This document shows, piece after piece, positions 60,275 to 64,000 of a stretch of DNA of 64,000 bases. The notes below the pieces were generated by a model that saw only the letters and a list, made by a program, of their open reading frames with translations, was not told the origin of the DNA and ran no database searches. The position numbers and the translations under genes were made by a program. This DNA comes from Paraspadella gotoi (taxonomy: Eukaryota; Animalia; Chaetognatha), in the NCBI GenBank assembly GCA_051294375.1, contig CM119270.1, positions 2,232,388-2,296,387 on the forward strand, in the 5' to 3' direction. How positions within the stretch are numbered: the stretch's first letter is position 1; the number at the start of each line of letters is the position of its first letter.

Positions 60275-60693
60275 CATCTGAATTATGATAAATTATGCAA
60301 AAAAAATGTCCGTCCATCCGTATATCTGTCCGTCCATCCGTCCATCCATCCATCCGCGCCTCCCACTTTAGCAAAAAACACCAATTACTTGTGATTGGAT
60401 GGATGGATTTGAATGGAATTTTGTGTGTGGTAGGGAAGTGTGTGATTGAGCTGGATAAAAAGTTTCGATGGAATCGTCCGAGTGGAAATGAGTTTAAATG
60501 GAAAAAACAAAAAAATATAATTCACTATTTGAACACCAATTGCTCATGAGTGGATGGGGCTATTGACCTGGAATTTTGTATTGTGAGTAGAAGTGTGTGA
60601 TTGAACAGGAAACCAAGTTTCGATAGAATCGTTTGAGTGGAGATGAGTTTAAATGAAAAAAAAAAAAACCTGTTTTACTAAATGATTATGATT
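60275..60693 (+). mobile_element. HINE family 1 internal fragment
   Basis: Matches 28315-28805. Confidence 0.85.
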
Positions 60694-61165
60694 AGGAGTC
60701 TACGTCGTTCTTTAGAGATCGAGAAAGACTTTTCCAACTGGACTGGATTTCGTTCAAATCTGACTACCAAACAATATAAACGCCCCTGGTAAAAATTCTG
60801 GTATAATATCGATGTAAAAACACTTGATTCCGATCCTGTTGCATCTGAAGGGCTCGCATTTTTTTTTCTCTTGTCAAATCATCAACATCTTGATATCAAA
60901 CAAGCCAGAACAAATAGACTGCTTCTGGATGGAAAATTTTTTCATCTCTGATTTTATATAGAAATAAGAGATTTTTTTCCTTGAAAACGATATAAACGTG
61001 ACTGAGTTATGTTCCTGTTCAACAAATGAGGTCCAATTTTGGAATCCTTTGGCAAAGTGTCTGAAGGGCTCTCAAAATTTTTTCTTTACATTTTATTTGG
61101 TTATTTTAATATGATACGATCATGGTAAAGTGAATTAGTCCATTTTGGTGAAATTTTAAAAGTAA

Positions 61166-61450
61166 TGTAGTCGGGCATTGCCTAGGTTCACCCCGCCTAT
61201 AAGCATGACTCTTTCAGTTGTGACCCGGTGGCTCATTGAGTAAAGCCATCAGCTCATGACCACTAGGTACCGGGTTCAATCCCAACCCGGTACCTACCCT
61301 GCGGGAAGAGTGAGGACGGCCGTAAGCCGCCTTGGGGGCGTGGCAAACCCTCAAGCCTGGTTCCAAGCCCAGGACCCGTTCCATGTCTGCTAGAGGGGGT
61401 TATAGAAGTTATGGATAGTCATCTTCAGCCCACTTAGCGCCTTATCTACA
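61166..61450 (+). mobile_element. Putative solo LTR of a second tRNA-bearing family
   Basis: TGTAG...CTACA inverted termini, GTAA on both flanks (61162-61165, 61451-61454), internal A box TGGCTCATTGAG (61229-61240) and B box GGTTCAATCCC (61273-61283). Confidence 0.7.
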
Positions 61451-64000
61451 GTAAAAGTAAATTTAAAAGTAAAAGAGCTAACGATCGGAATTCTAAGAGT
61501 TTTCAACTGGGAGTCAGATTTGGGAAAAATCTTTTATGGCGAAAATCTTCCAAAGAAGGGGTGAATTTTCCGAAGATTTTGGTTAATATTTTTTATATTA
61601 ATGGTCGGATTTTTTTGAAACTTAATATTAACAATATTGCCATCATTCTACCTTGGCCGGTATAAGAATATATTAAAAAAACCTTGGGCTTTGTTCATCA
61701 GAGCTTAGTCCTATTTATTCTTTTTATCGAGCCATGACCGGCAAGCCGGTTCAGGCTTGATTTTGTTTCGGGTGAGCTTCTTTGTGACGTAGTCGTCGTC
61801 ATCGTCGTCGTCACGCTGTTTTTATATATACCTAAATTTTAAAATAAAAACTAAAGAAAAATTTTTTTATCATCCAGAGACATATCACTTTCAGTTGTAC
61901 CCATCGTCTTACTTGTTTATGGCTTATGGTTTAAGAATTCAGAGAAACAAAGTATCTAGTCCAAATTTAAACTTTTATACTGTATTTTACTGTATCATTC
62001 ATTCTGTATCATTTCTGGGCCGAATCATATTTTACATGTATTTGTCCAGCATAACTGTCAGGAAGGGATGGCTTTATGGCCTCTGCTTGACTCTACAAAT
62101 TGATGTCAGAACAAGTAAATTGTTAAATAGTTTATAAATATTTAGTTAATTTTCGAATATTAATTTTTCGGTTTTATATGGAATACCAATAACGTTACTA
62201 GCTTAAATTCTTCAAACTCGTCCTTCATTCTGTGAGTTCATTGGTGTATTATTTGGTTCTTTACATTCTGATTGACGAGACCTTTCTTGCATCCAATTAT
62301 TGGTACGCTATTCTAAAAGTTCGAAAAGTCGTTTTTAATTGGTCTATTTTAAATTTAAAGAAGTTATAAAAGGGCAAGTAGAATGTTTAAAACTTTTAGG
62401 AGATGCCCAGGGGAAACATTAGGTAACATGATGAAAATATTTGTAAACTCTCTTGAAATGGAATTCTAATCATTCGAAATATTATTATTTTGTACCAGTG
62501 CTTTGATGCGTCTTCTTATTTGAGCTCTCCTTCCTATAATCTGGTAGCCTCTCTCTCTTCTCTCTTGGCTCTCTTCTCATTTTATTAAAATCTTGTGATT
62601 TGGATTTGCATTCTTCATTTTCGCAGACGTGAACGATGGCTTCGCCCAGTGCAAATCTCAGACAAGGTTACAAATCAGCTAAGGTTTAGAGCTAAGTGCT
62701 CAAACAATGTTTTTGTTTAAAAACATCCTCCCAACACATCCTCAAAGCTAATGGATTATTTTATTTTAATTGTGTTTGCAATGCAATAATCAACTTTATT
62801 TACCGTGTGTGTGTGGTGTGTGTTCGTCTGGGTTTGAAATTCGCTCTGCTTGTCTGCGGCCTTCGCCAGCGAACCGCCAGTTTCAGGCCACCAAACTTTT
62901 TATGAAGATCCCTCTGTTGCTTCGAGTTGGACTTCAGTTACGTTATCCCTTCCGTCATGATCATTCTCTGCCAGCAAAATTTTCATCCGTCATCAATGAT
63001 ATCGATTTGATTTAATGGAAGATTTAAATTAACAACTGCATCAAGTCTTCCTATCGCGATTTCTAATCGTCCTCGACGACTACTGCATAGCAAATTAGAT
63101 TTTTGCGACTAAGGTAAAACAAAATGGCTATTTCTGAAGAGATATTCGTATAAAACTAAGGAATGCTCGTGAAATAAAAGTTTTAATAAGATGATTGGAT
63201 TTTTGAGAATTGAAAGATAGAAAATTCTCTTCCTCCTCGCACAAGCAGAAGCTCAATCTGTTTATGAAGCTGCCTAATGTTGAAGCAAGAAATTTGCGCA
63301 AGAGCTATTGAAATCACGGACCTGGTCGGATGCCTTACGTTGCCAAATTGAAGAATTATGGCAGAATACTCTTGAAAAAAGGTCTGCTGGAGTATAGGAC
63401 TGAACTCCAAAAAACGGGCACCGGAAATTCAAGTACAATCCCCCACGCGCACATCTTTTGGTAAACAATTTGGTAATTCCCACCCAAACCTGAGGTAACA
63501 CAGATAAGACCAGCAAAGTATTTCAGAGTTCTGTGAGGAGTGAAAAATTAAAAGTTAATTATGAACATATTAAAAAGGAATTAGATATAAGTTAATGAGA
63601 GGAAAAGAATAAAAAAGACGATTGGAAGAATGATTTGGAATTAAGAAAGAAAAAGTTAGAATTAAAAATTTAAGGGACGAGGAAGAAGAAGCAGAAACGT
63701 GAGGCTCAGTTATTAAAATATGAAAAGGAATAGCCGGAGAAATAGATGGGAGTGAAGCAGAAGTTAATCTGTAGTTGCTGATTTGCCTGAACAATGTCTC
63801 CTCAGCAAATATATTCAGAATTGGACTGAGCAAAATGCGATTCTGATTTAGTAATTGTAAATAATCAAATTAATGTTCAGCCTTTAGCCTTGAAGCCTCC
63901 AGTGATGGCACAAGCGATTTTACGTCCCAGCTCAAGTGGCGGCGCGACCTCCACCTCCACAGGGCTCAACAGCAACCTCCACCTCAACAGGATGAAGCTC

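Noticed and set aside
62600-64000. Moderately GC-rich stretch that might be retroelement coding sequence
   Set aside because: Frames examined are interrupted by stops and contain no motif I recognise

Overview
Repeat-rich, AT-rich animal genomic DNA from a draft assembly, with seven N-gaps and some noisy, apparently uncorrected stretches. Short (TAACCC)n tracts weakly suggest a non-arthropod invertebrate. The first 24 kb holds the last 11 identifiable coding exons of a TMTC3-type protein O-mannosyltransferase gene (+ strand; the 5' part was not found), with an intact tRNA-Glu(CTC) gene antisense in one intron. The remaining 40 kb is mostly nested mobile DNA. It contains: (1) a miniature non-autonomous LTR retrotransposon whose LTRs carry a tRNA-derived Pol III promoter (Helenus/TRIMp3-like), present as one complete copy, one truncated copy and one solo LTR; (2) a solo LTR of a second, unrelated tRNA-bearing family; (3) a decayed CsRn1-clade Gypsy element with a near-identical primer-binding site, a candidate mobilising partner; (4) two Penelope-like fragments carrying minimal hammerhead ribozyme motifs; (5) two DINE-1/HINE-like Helentron families nested in each other; (6) a fibrinogen-domain fragment and a 1.1 kb tandem duplication. 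Most ORFs in the supplied track are microsatellite read-throughs. All family assignments come from motif recognition by eye; no searches were run.
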